Notes under the pieces: generated by a model
What the model was told of the DNA's origin: nothing
The model's input: the letters and a program-made list of their open reading frames with translations, nothing else
Database searches by the model: none
Made by a program: the position numbers and the translations under genes
NCBI GenBank assembly: GCA_030167145.1
Contig: CP126532.1
Location: 3,450,001 to 3,482,000 of the forward strand
Direction of reading: 5' to 3'
From: Ktedonobacterales bacterium
Lineage (GTDB): Bacteria; Chloroflexota; Ktedonobacteria; Ktedonobacterales; JADMIN01
DNA: 32,000 bases
Shown: piece after piece, positions 25,396 to 32,000 of the stretch
Layout of the letters: the number at the start of each line of letters is the position of its first letter
Numbering within the stretch: the first letter of the stretch is position 1

Positions 25396-27294
25396 TTAGC
25401 GCGTCACGACGAACGATTCAGCGCCGCCGTTCGCCTCGGCGTATTCGAGTTCTTCGTCGGGGCCAGCGGCGGTGTAGGCGAAGGCCCCGACCATCGCGAC
25501 GATGAACGCGGCGACGATCAGTTCAGGATACGGATTCGGCAGGTTGTAGATCACGATGCCAAAGGCCAGCGCGACCAGCGCCAGCGCGCCAATGGCGACC
25601 ATCCACGGGATCGAACTGGCCCGCCACGCGCCGTAGAGGCAGGTGGCGATACCGACGATCTCGAAGCAGATGCCCGCAACGAAAACCGCATGTCCGCCTT
25701 CCATCGCGTTGATGCCCTGGTCCAGCACGTTGTTGTGGAAGCCCTGAATTGCGCCCACCATCATCAACGCCACGGCCACCAGCATCGTCCACATCGCGAA
25801 CTTGCGCAGGTTGCTCATCGGCTTGCGGCGGATCAGCAGCGTCATCTGGAACCCCGCCAGGCCGCCCATCAGCAGCAGACCCCAGAAGGCGTCGTGCAGC
25901 AGGTTCGCCCCCGGCAGATACACCAGGGCCAGCGCCTCGATCTCGAAGAAGCTCGGCAGCGAGAAGACCGCGAAGCCGAACAGGTAGATCAAGAGCAGCG
26001 TGCCCAGCACCAGCCACTGCCCCGTGCAGCCAAGCTGCTGCGCGGAGGTTGGCGCGAATTCGCGTTGCGTGCCCCAGGTCCAGACGAACGCCACAATCAC
26101 GATGCTCGTGGCGATAATCATGCCGATGGCCAATTGCAGCGGGTCATCCACGTGAACCACGGTCGCGGCGAGCGCGACGTAGATCAGGCCGTAGGTGCCA
26201 CCCAGCACCACCATATCGCGGCGGCTGCTCCAGAAGAACAGCCCGGCGATCAGCAGGCCGAAGGTCATGCTGAAGACTATCGCGCAGATGATGTAGCCGG
26301 TGAACGGGGTGAAGCTGCAACTCGTGGGGATCTCGGTCTTCTGCGAACACTGCACCCACACCTGATTCGAGTCTATCCCGTGGACAAAGTTCACCACCGG
26401 ATAGACCAGCGCCCAGACGATGAGCAGCGGCACGCCGACGAAGCCGAGCAGCCCCACCACACCATGCAGGTAGTTGGCGGGCATGAAGCGCTGGCGATTT
26501 GTCGTCATCACCGGCAGCAGCCAGACAATCGTGCCGAAGAGCGCCAGCCCCAGCGCGAAGAACAGCACCACGTTGCCTGCTGGCCCGTGCAGCGTATCAC
26601 CCTTCGGCTGAAGTGTCTCCGGCGTGAAGGTGAGGATCGAGAGGTAGAGGGCGATGATGACGAACGAGAGTCCCAGGCTGAAGCGCACGATCAGGTCGCG
26701 CGTTGGCCCCACGAGACGCCCAGAGAGCACGAACGGATTCAGCACGGCGATGAAGAACATGCCCAGGCCGATCAGCAGGGCAATGTAGCCGACGGCGGCG
26801 ATGTCTATGCTGCCGGGCTGGAACCACGCCTGATGGAACAGATACGCCTGTCCATCCACCGGCCAGTAGCGAATATGCGCGCCCGCCGGGTTGCGAATGT
26901 CTCCGGGCAGGAACTCGAACCAGCCGGGTTTGCCGGTAATCACGCTCGTACCGCTGATGCCCACCATCACCTGATACACGAAGAATGCGCCAATCGCCGT
27001 GATGCCCGCGCCGACCAGCGCGAAGAGCGGCCACGGAATCAGCGGCTTGGGGTCGTAGAGGAAGGCGATCTCCAGCGCGATGACGCCGAAGCCGATGGCG
27101 AGCAGCGAGAGCGCCAGCGTACCCTGCTCGAAGCGCGCCAGCGTGGCGAGCGTGGAGATGGTGAAGATGTAGCTGGGCAACTGGCCGATGAGGATGGCGG
27201 TGAGAAAGAAAAAGCCGGTGGCGATAAGAACCGCCCGCGCCCATGACATTGGCTTTTCATGCTCGCGTATGGGCGCCGCTGCCGAAACTTGCAT
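25396..27294 (-). CDS. polytopic membrane protein, about 16 TM helices, no recognised family
   Basis: 632 aa. ATG 27294 has AAAGGGA 9 nt upstream. About 16 hydrophobic spans of 20-25 aa were counted by eye. No haem-copper oxidase, transporter P-loop or other motif was recognised. The antisense 656-aa ORF is rejected. Confidence 0.75.
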   Translation of the reverse strand: MQVSAAAPIREHEKPMSWARAVLIATGFFFLTAILIGQLPSYIFTISTLATLARFEQGTLALSLLAIGFGVIALEIAFLYDPKPLIPWPLFALVGAGITAIGAFFVYQVMVGISGTSVITGKPGWFEFLPGDIRNPAGAHIRYWPVDGQAYLFHQAWFQPGSIDIAAVGYIALLIGLGMFFIAVLNPFVLSGRLVGPTRDLIVRFSLGLSFVIIALYLSILTFTPETLQPKGDTLHGPAGNVVLFFALGLALFGTIVWLLPVMTTNRQRFMPANYLHGVVGLLGFVGVPLLIVWALVYPVVNFVHGIDSNQVWVQCSQKTEIPTSCSFTPFTGYIICAIVFSMTFGLLIAGLFFWSSRRDMVVLGGTYGLIYVALAATVVHVDDPLQLAIGMIIATSIVIVAFVWTWGTQREFAPTSAQQLGCTGQWLVLGTLLLIYLFGFAVFSLPSFFEIEALALVYLPGANLLHDAFWGLLLMGGLAGFQMTLLIRRKPMSNLRKFAMWTMLVAVALMMVGAIQGFHNNVLDQGINAMEGGHAVFVAGICFEIVGIATCLYGAWRASSIPWMVAIGALALVALAFGIVIYNLPNPYPELIVAAFIVAMVGAFAYTAAGPDEELEYAEANGGAESFVVTR

Positions 27295-27367
27295 GGATCA
27301 TGATCCCTTTCAGACGATGATTCCCGCTTCCGGGGCGGAGTCGCCACAGAACGGATGCGCGATACGT

Positions 27368-27402
27368 GCCGCCGCGCCCGATGCGAAACCGAACACGGCG
27401 GC
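27368..27402 (-). promoter_or_regulatory. intercistronic GC stem-loop (7-bp stem GCCGCCG/CGGCGGC, 21-nt loop)
   Basis: Lies in the 129-nt gap between the cyt c::cupredoxin gene and the 632-aa gene. It has no U-tract. Confidence 0.25.
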
Positions 27403-27423
27403 GCAGACAAGTGGAGACGACGT

Positions 27424-28464
27424 TTATGGCACCACAGTGATCCAGCCGACCATCGCCGGGTGGATGCCGCAGTAGAAGGGATATTCGCCAGGCGCCGTCA
27501 GCGTGACGGTGAAGGTCTGTGTGCTATTGGCGGGAATGATATTCGGGTCGCCGAACTTGCCATCAGGTGTGCCATTGCCGCTGAAGACGTTGTGCGGCGC
27601 GCTCGACTTATTGCCGAAGATGATCGTCGTGCCCGCCTTGACGATGATGTCGCTGGTCTGGCCGCTGGTAGCCTCTTGTGCCACCCAACCCCAGTTCGCC
27701 GTCGAAGTCGTCGCGGCGTCTTCCGCGTCCATATGCACCGTCGTGAGCGTTGACAAATCCGTGAACTGCGTCAGTGGCGGTTTGCTGCCGCCCTTCTTAT
27801 CTTCCTCGTACTGCGCGATCTGTGTCGGGTCGGTCAAGGTACCGAGCACGTAGCTGAAGCCATTGACATCGCCGAGATTGTTCGTGGCGCGGTACTGCGG
27901 ATCGCTGGAACGGATCAGCGCGACGAGATACGCGATGTCGTCGTCGGTGAGCGGGCCACCGAACGCCTCAGACCATGCGGGCATCGAGAACTTGGTCAGA
28001 TCGTCGGGGTTTGGCACGCCCGCCGAGATGATGCGCGACAGATCGTTGGTGGTGAGCTTATTGACGGAATCATTGTTGTTCAGCTTCGGGCCAGCTTTGC
28101 CGTTCCCCTGGAAGCCGTGACAACTGGCGCAATAGGTTGCGAAGAGCGCAGCGCCACGCTGAAGCGTCAACTGATACTGCGCGGAGGCCTGAGTGGCCTG
28201 CGCTTGCTGCTGGTTGACGATCAGCAGCGGAATGATGAAGGCAATGGCGATGATGAAGAGCAGCGCGCCGTAGCCGGTTTTCTCGACGGCATCGGCGCGG
28301 GAGTAGAAGATGTAGATCAGCGCCGAAACGACCAGCGCGATCACCGCCATGCCGAAGCCAATCCGAGCATCGAGCACGCCCGTGACGCCCAGCAGCGCAA
28401 ACAGCACCGCCAGCGCCACCCCGGCGGTGACGGCGAGCATGCCGGGATTCCGACTTGTTCCCAT
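27424..28464 (-). CDS. membrane-anchored monohaem cytochrome c fused to a type-1 copper cupredoxin domain
   Basis: 346 aa, with GAGGA as SD. Three N-terminal hydrophobic helices. CASCHG is the haem c site, and KFSMPAW is the likely Met ligand region. The C-terminal roughly 100 aa carry SSAPHNVF (His ligand) and FYCGIHPAMVGWITV (Cys-x2-His-x2-Met), as in amicyanin/plastocyanin-type proteins. Confidence 0.85.
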   Translation of the reverse strand: MGTSRNPGMLAVTAGVALAVLFALLGVTGVLDARIGFGMAVIALVVSALIYIFYSRADAVEKTGYGALLFIIAIAFIIPLLIVNQQQAQATQASAQYQLTLQRGAALFATYCASCHGFQGNGKAGPKLNNNDSVNKLTTNDLSRIISAGVPNPDDLTKFSMPAWSEAFGGPLTDDDIAYLVALIRSSDPQYRATNNLGDVNGFSYVLGTLTDPTQIAQYEEDKKGGSKPPLTQFTDLSTLTTVHMDAEDAATTSTANWGWVAQEATSGQTSDIIVKAGTTIIFGNKSSAPHNVFSGNGTPDGKFGDPNIIPANSTQTFTVTLTAPGEYPFYCGIHPAMVGWITVVP

Positions 28465-28523
28465 GAGCCTCTATCCTCGTGTCTAGTACAGTCCGTGAAC
28501 GTCCGCACGCTGGGCGCGGCTAG

Positions 28524-29213
28524 TTACGCATGGCAGGCAACGGTCGGCACCGCCAGGATGCGTGTGCTGGTATCGGGGCGCTGCACGGTTTGGTTCAGCT
28601 TGCCGGTATTGACCATCACATTGCCACTGCTGAAGAACATCACGAAACGGTCGAGGCTACGCGGCGCGGGGCCGTCGAGATACTCGCCGTCAATGTTGTA
28701 GTGCGAGCCGTGGCAGGGGCACTTGAAGCTTACGCAGTCGTTGCGGAACGGCACTTTGCAGCCCAGGTGGACGCAGACCTGATACAACGCCAGCCAGTAC
28801 GTGCCGTCGGCATCGTCTTTGAGCCAGTTCTCCGCATCCTGTTGATTGGTGAGCGTGACACCACTCAGCAGGAATTGCGCGCCCGCCGCCGTGAGATGCA
28901 TGATGTAGCTCTTGGCCAGCGGCTCGTAGAACATGCCCTGCTCATCAATGAGGAAGTCTTTCTGCGCGGCGGGCTTGTAGGCCGTCTTAGCTTTCAACTG
29001 GATGATCGAGCCGAACTGCCCCGCCAGATTCGGGTAGAACATGGTCAGCGCGGCATACGTGCCCGACGTGGCGGCCAGCGCCACCCCCAGGCCCGTCGCG
29101 CGGCGCAATAACTGGCGACGGCTCAGCCCCCGCCGTGCGACCTCCGCCGATTCGGCTCCGCCGCCCGACAGCACCTCGTACTCTTGGGGGGTACGCTTGG
29201 TATCAATGCTCAT
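28524..29213 (-). CDS. Rieske [2Fe-2S] subunit with twin-arginine signal
   Basis: 229 aa. RRGLSRRQLLRRATGLGVALAA is Tat-type. CVHLGC and CPCHGS are the two cluster-binding boxes. TGAGGGA is the SD. Confidence 0.92.
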   Translation of the reverse strand: MSIDTKRTPQEYEVLSGGGAESAEVARRGLSRRQLLRRATGLGVALAATSGTYAALTMFYPNLAGQFGSIIQLKAKTAYKPAAQKDFLIDEQGMFYEPLAKSYIMHLTAAGAQFLLSGVTLTNQQDAENWLKDDADGTYWLALYQVCVHLGCKVPFRNDCVSFKCPCHGSHYNIDGEYLDGPAPRSLDRFVMFFSSGNVMVNTGKLNQTVQRPDTSTRILAVPTVACHA

Positions 29214-29303
29214 GTGATGTCCCTCAATCGGTACTCTTCGCCCTCGTGATAACGCTCAAACCCGCCAAAGCGCGCCCGACACGCGGGCGCGCCATGCAAG
29301 CCG

Positions 29304-29828
29304 CTAGAGGTTGAAGTAGATGTGCTGCCACGGCCAGACCCACACCCAGCCGGAGCCACGGAAGAAGCTGCCCGCAAGCACGGTCACGGCAAAATAGATG
29401 GCAAAGATCGTGAAGAGCGTAATCGAAAGCTTGCGATCCTCGAACGCGCGGCTGGGGTTGCGGTCCACATACGGCAGCAGCGCCAACGCCACCAGCACAA
29501 AGCCCGGCAGCAGCACACCGGCCACAGTCGGCGGGAAGTAGTGCAGTTGTTCTTGCAGGCCGAGGAAGTACCACGGCGCCTTCGCCGGGTTCGGCGTCAG
29601 GTTCGGGTTCGAGTGCGCTTCCAGCGGCGCGTCAATCACGATGCTCGTGATCGTGAGCACGACGGTCATCAGTACGGCGGAAAGAAACTCGCGCACCAGC
29701 AAGTGCGGCCACACGAACACGGAGTCTTCGAGCTGCCGCTCAACGCGCGTGATGGCTTCCTGCTTGACGACGGCCAGCGTGCGATAGCGCTTCTGGGTCG
29801 CCGCCGTTCGCGGCTCTGTCGTTGCCAT
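29304..29828 (-). CDS. cytochrome b C-terminal part / subunit IV-like (PetD/QcrC-N-like), 3 TM
   Basis: ATG 29828 after AAGGAG. NPAKAPWYFLGLQEQL aligns with the PEWYFF Qo segment of subunit IV. Three hydrophobic helices. Confidence 0.85.
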   Translation of the reverse strand: MATTEPRTAATQKRYRTLAVVKQEAITRVERQLEDSVFVWPHLLVREFLSAVLMTVVLTITSIVIDAPLEAHSNPNLTPNPAKAPWYFLGLQEQLHYFPPTVAGVLLPGFVLVALALLPYVDRNPSRAFEDRKLSITLFTIFAIYFAVTVLAGSFFRGSGWVWVWPWQHIYFNL

Positions 29829-29901
29829 GGAAATCTCCTTGGGGTCCTCCGCCGGAGCAAAGCCAGATGCGCCATCGCGCCTTGCCCCGGCCAAGCAACA
29901 C

Positions 29902-30717
29902 CTAGTTCAGTGAGCCAACAGCAGCCACATCCTGCTGGGCGCGGGCCTGCTCAAGCTCGCGGCGCGATGGCGGTGGCGGACCCGCTTCACCACCATCTTT
30001 CCGAATGCGCCAGAAATGGACCGCCATCAGGATTGCGCCCACCAGCGGCAGCGCGATCACATGCAGCGTATAGAAGCGAATGAGCGTCGGCTGGCCCACA
30101 CCCACCGACTGACCGGCGAGCGCGTTGTGCGCCTGCACGCCGAGCAGCGGCGCGTAACTGGCCATGTTCGAGCCAACGGTGATAGCCCAGTAGCCAATCT
30201 GGTCCCACGGCAGCAGGTAGCCCGTGAAGCTGAGCAGCAGCGTGGTCAGGAAGAGCACCACCCCCACAACCCAGTTGAACTCGCGCGGCGGCTTATACGC
30301 GCCATGGTAGAAGACGCGAATCATGTGCAGCGTGACGGTGACGACCATCAAGTGCGCGGCCCAGCGGTGCATGTTACGCACCAGATTGCCGAATGCCACC
30401 GCGCTCTTGATCTGCTCGATGTCGGTGTAGGCGACCCGCTGCTCCGGCACAAAGTAGAACATCAGGAACACGCCGGTAATCGTCAACACCAGAAAGAGGA
30501 AGAAGGACATACCACCCAGGCACCACGTATAGGTGATTTTCATCGCCTTTCGGCTCACCTTGACCGGATGCAGGTGCAGGAAAACATTCCCCATCATCAC
30601 CAGCGATTGGTTGAGCGGGGTGTCAGGATAGCCGTGCCGGAAAATAGACCGCCAGATCTGGCTCTGCGTAATTGCCGCCGATGCCTTATCCAGCAGCCCC
30701 CGATTCATCGTGCTCAC
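29902..30717 (-). CDS. cytochrome b6-type subunit (PetB/QcrB-like), 4 TM
   Basis: 271 aa. Close block similarity to cytochrome b6: WCLGG, NMHRWAAHLMVVTVTLHMIRVF, FTGYLLPWDQIGYWA, and RFYTLHVIALPLVGAILMAVHFWRIRKDGG. GTG start at 30717 lies 4 nt after GAGGAGG; ATG 30708 is the alternative. Confidence 0.93.
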   Translation of the reverse strand: MSTMNRGLLDKASAAITQSQIWRSIFRHGYPDTPLNQSLVMMGNVFLHLHPVKVSRKAMKITYTWCLGGMSFFLFLVLTITGVFLMFYFVPEQRVAYTDIEQIKSAVAFGNLVRNMHRWAAHLMVVTVTLHMIRVFYHGAYKPPREFNWVVGVVLFLTTLLLSFTGYLLPWDQIGYWAITVGSNMASYAPLLGVQAHNALAGQSVGVGQPTLIRFYTLHVIALPLVGAILMAVHFWRIRKDGGEAGPPPPSRRELEQARAQQDVAAVGSLN

Positions 30718-30735
30718 ACTGCCTCCTCGGGGATG

Positions 30736-30758
30736 GCCGCGCGCCGATGATGCGCGGC
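30736..30758 (-). promoter_or_regulatory. GC stem-loop (7-bp GCCGCGC/GCGCGGC, 9-nt loop) 7 nt upstream of the cyt b SD
   Basis: Read directly. It sits inside the predicted 141-nt leader. Confidence 0.3.
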
Positions 30759-30864
30759 TGCAAAGTTGCGGAAAATCACCGAAAGTCGCTATAAAAGCAT
30801 GCCGAAACGTTCAACGCTAAGAGGGGCACATACACGGCGCCTCTGTTGAGAGCATAGCCAGACA

Positions 30865-30893
30865 AGTATAACAGAACAACGATATAGGCGCAA
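30865..30893 (-). promoter_or_regulatory. candidate promoter TTGCGC-N17-TATACT (TGt extended -10) for the cytochrome operon
   Basis: The minus strand reads tgggcaaTTGCGCctatatcgttgttcTGtTATACTtgtc. It shares TGGGCAnTTGCGs...TATACT with the RpoD-like gene promoter. Confidence 0.45.
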
Positions 30894-31085
30894 TTGCCCA
30901 GGTTGTCTGGCGGGCGCTCAGGGAGGCGTCGCGGTGTGGATCCGTGGACGGAACGCGCGGTATTGAGGAGAGCGCGCAACATCCGTGGCCAGATAGCGCC
31001 AACTCTATCAGATCAAGTGTACCGCAGAGTGTGGGCCACTCCTATCAGGTGTACACCTGATTTTTCATATGCGCCGCACGCTCGC

Positions 31086-31355
31086 TCATCCGCCGTGCCC
31101 ATTGTGCGCGTGAGTCTGTGATGCGCGATGCGCGCGAATGAGTGTGAAAAGTTGATCGAGAACGGTTATTTCATCAAGCTCGGCATCTTCTTCGGGAGTG
31201 AGGGCGCTAGCTTCATTCTTCTCCATCAGCGCATGCACTCGTTCCTGTGCCTGCTCGGAGATGCGGAAATTGGCAATGTCCTCCGCCGAAGGGCCGCGCG
31301 CCAGGAACTCCGCGACCTCTTCCGTCAGCGTGCGCCGGGGAAGCGTCTGACTCAT
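31086..31355 (-). CDS. small hypothetical protein (89 aa)
   Basis: Internal ATG 31355. IANFRISEQAQERVHALMEKNEASALTPEEDAELDEITVLDQLFTLIRAHRA resembles a widespread small helical protein family that I cannot name. The SD is weak. Confidence 0.45.
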   Translation of the reverse strand: MSQTLPRRTLTEEVAEFLARGPSAEDIANFRISEQAQERVHALMEKNEASALTPEEDAELDEITVLDQLFTLIRAHRASQTHAHNGHGG

Positions 31356-31445
31356 GCGTGAGCCGCCATTCGTTTTCTCGTGAACACATGGACTAGTCGG
31401 ATTGCCAGCCATGCGAGCGATGCCGCCACGTCACGATGTGTTCGC

Positions 31446-31454
31446 AGTATAGCA
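31446..31454 (-). promoter_or_regulatory. candidate extended -10 (TGcTATACT) upstream of the 89-aa gene
   Basis: The minus strand reads gcaggTGcTATACTgcgaac. GTGCTATACTGC is identical to the sigma-gene -10 region. No -35 is present. Confidence 0.3.
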
Positions 31455-31665
31455 CCTGCTAGCACCAGGCGAGGGAAAGACGATGCTCCGTCGCACGCTC
31501 GCCGTCCGGGCGGTTTCGCTTGACGTGCCCGGATCAGTCTGCTACCGTGAGCGGGTAGGCGAACGGCGCACGTCATGGGTGTACGCGCCGCAAACAGCCG
31601 GAACCGCGGGTGCGCGGTTGATACGACGCGACATCACGCGGGACGGAAAGAGGACGGTAGTTCGT

Positions 31666-32000
31666 ATGCGGCAGGTACAATGCGCTCGGTGCGGTCAGAT
31701 GGCTCAGGTCGAGGAGAATGATACAGCGGCGCTCTGCCCTCGCTGCGGCGCGCCGCTGTTTGCCATGGCGCCCCAACAGCCTGTACCCGCCGCCGACAAC
31801 ACGCAACCCGGCCAGATCGCGGCCTATCCGCAGGTTCCCACGACATCCGCGACCAGCGGACAAATGCCCACACAGATGCCGCCCATGCCGCCAGGCATGA
31901 CCGCTCCTTATATACAGCCTATGCCGCAACCCGGCATGACAGGCGTGTATCCCGCTCCGTATGGCTACCCACCACAGATGGGCTATCCACCAGCACCGGC
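31666..32000 (+). CDS. zinc-ribbon / Pro-rich low-complexity protein, N-terminal part only (runs off the right edge)
   Basis: Absent from the ORF track because it has no stop in the window. ATG 31666 after AGAGGA. MRQVQCARCGQMAQVEENDTAALCPRCGAPLFAMAPQQPVPAADN...PYGYPPQMGYPPAP has the same N-terminal architecture as the 14673-15875 gene. Confidence 0.65.
   Translation, partial: MRQVQCARCGQMAQVEENDTAALCPRCGAPLFAMAPQQPVPAADNTQPGQIAAYPQVPTTSATSGQMPTQMPPMPPGMTAPYIQPMPQPGMTGVYPAPYGYPPQMGYPPAP

Noticed and set aside
25276-27246. 656-aa plus-strand ORF, the longest ORF in this region
   Set aside because: It is antisense to the 632-aa membrane protein gene. Its product is an Arg/His/Asp/Glu/Gln-rich string with no hydrophobic core or motif, which is typical of stop-free antisense frames in high-GC DNA. 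The minus-strand product has about 16 regular TM helices, an SD and a terminator.
29322-30750. 253-aa and 244-aa plus-strand ORFs across the cyt b / subunit IV genes
   Set aside because: They are antisense to genes with near-textbook cytochrome b6 and subunit IV blocks, and their products are His/Arg/Gln-rich.
1-32000. Search by eye for tRNA, rRNA, CRISPR arrays, IS elements or integrases, and classic defence-system enzymes (nucleases, helicases, ATPases)
   Set aside because: None was recognised. The only mobile-looking content is the lower-GC TA-like pair. This is a visual scan only; tRNAscan, Infernal and defence-system HMMs would be needed to exclude them properly.

Overview
High-GC bacterial chromosomal segment; hand counts of single 60-nt lines give about 52% GC in one line of the TA-like module (6931-6990) and about 75% in one core-gene line (13741-13800). 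I call about 31 protein genes, most of them on the minus strand. I saw no rRNA, tRNA, CRISPR array, transposase or integrase. All family calls rest on motif recognition by eye, because no HMM or BLAST search could be run. Content from left to right: a partial hypothetical gene; a translationally coupled pair of C39-like cysteine peptidase and beta-propeller lipoprotein; OsmC; an ANT(6)-type aminoglycoside nucleotidyltransferase; a ThDP enzyme; a lower-GC DUF433/DUF5615 TA-like pair abutting a decayed fragment of a DUF2382 gene; an operon of NAD(P)-binding protein, deazaflavin-type oxidoreductase and ECF41/SigJ-type sigma; an intact DUF2382 gene; an orphan CheY-like regulator preceded by an 11-nt tandem repeat; a GDE-type amylo-alpha-1,6-glucosidase; a DUF2520 Rossmann protein; a zinc-ribbon/Pro-Tyr-rich/TM/DUF1080-like protein, with a second gene of the same N-terminal architecture cut off at the right edge; an RpoD-like sigma; an acyl-CoA synthetase; an ECF sigma with a zf-HC2 anti-sigma carrying an Asp-box (BNR) propeller; and glgA followed by a GalT-like HIT-superfamily gene. 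The most interesting unit is a 5.5-kb minus-strand unit running from a candidate promoter to a terminator. It encodes a cytochrome b6-type Rieske/cyt b complex: split cyt b with the CLGG cysteine, an APWY Qo motif, and a Tat-signal Rieske protein. Its haem-c subunit is fused to a type-1 copper cupredoxin, and its last gene is an unassigned 632-aa protein with about 16 TM helices. Content is compatible with a terrabacterial, possibly Chloroflexota-like, genome, but this is a guess I cannot verify here.
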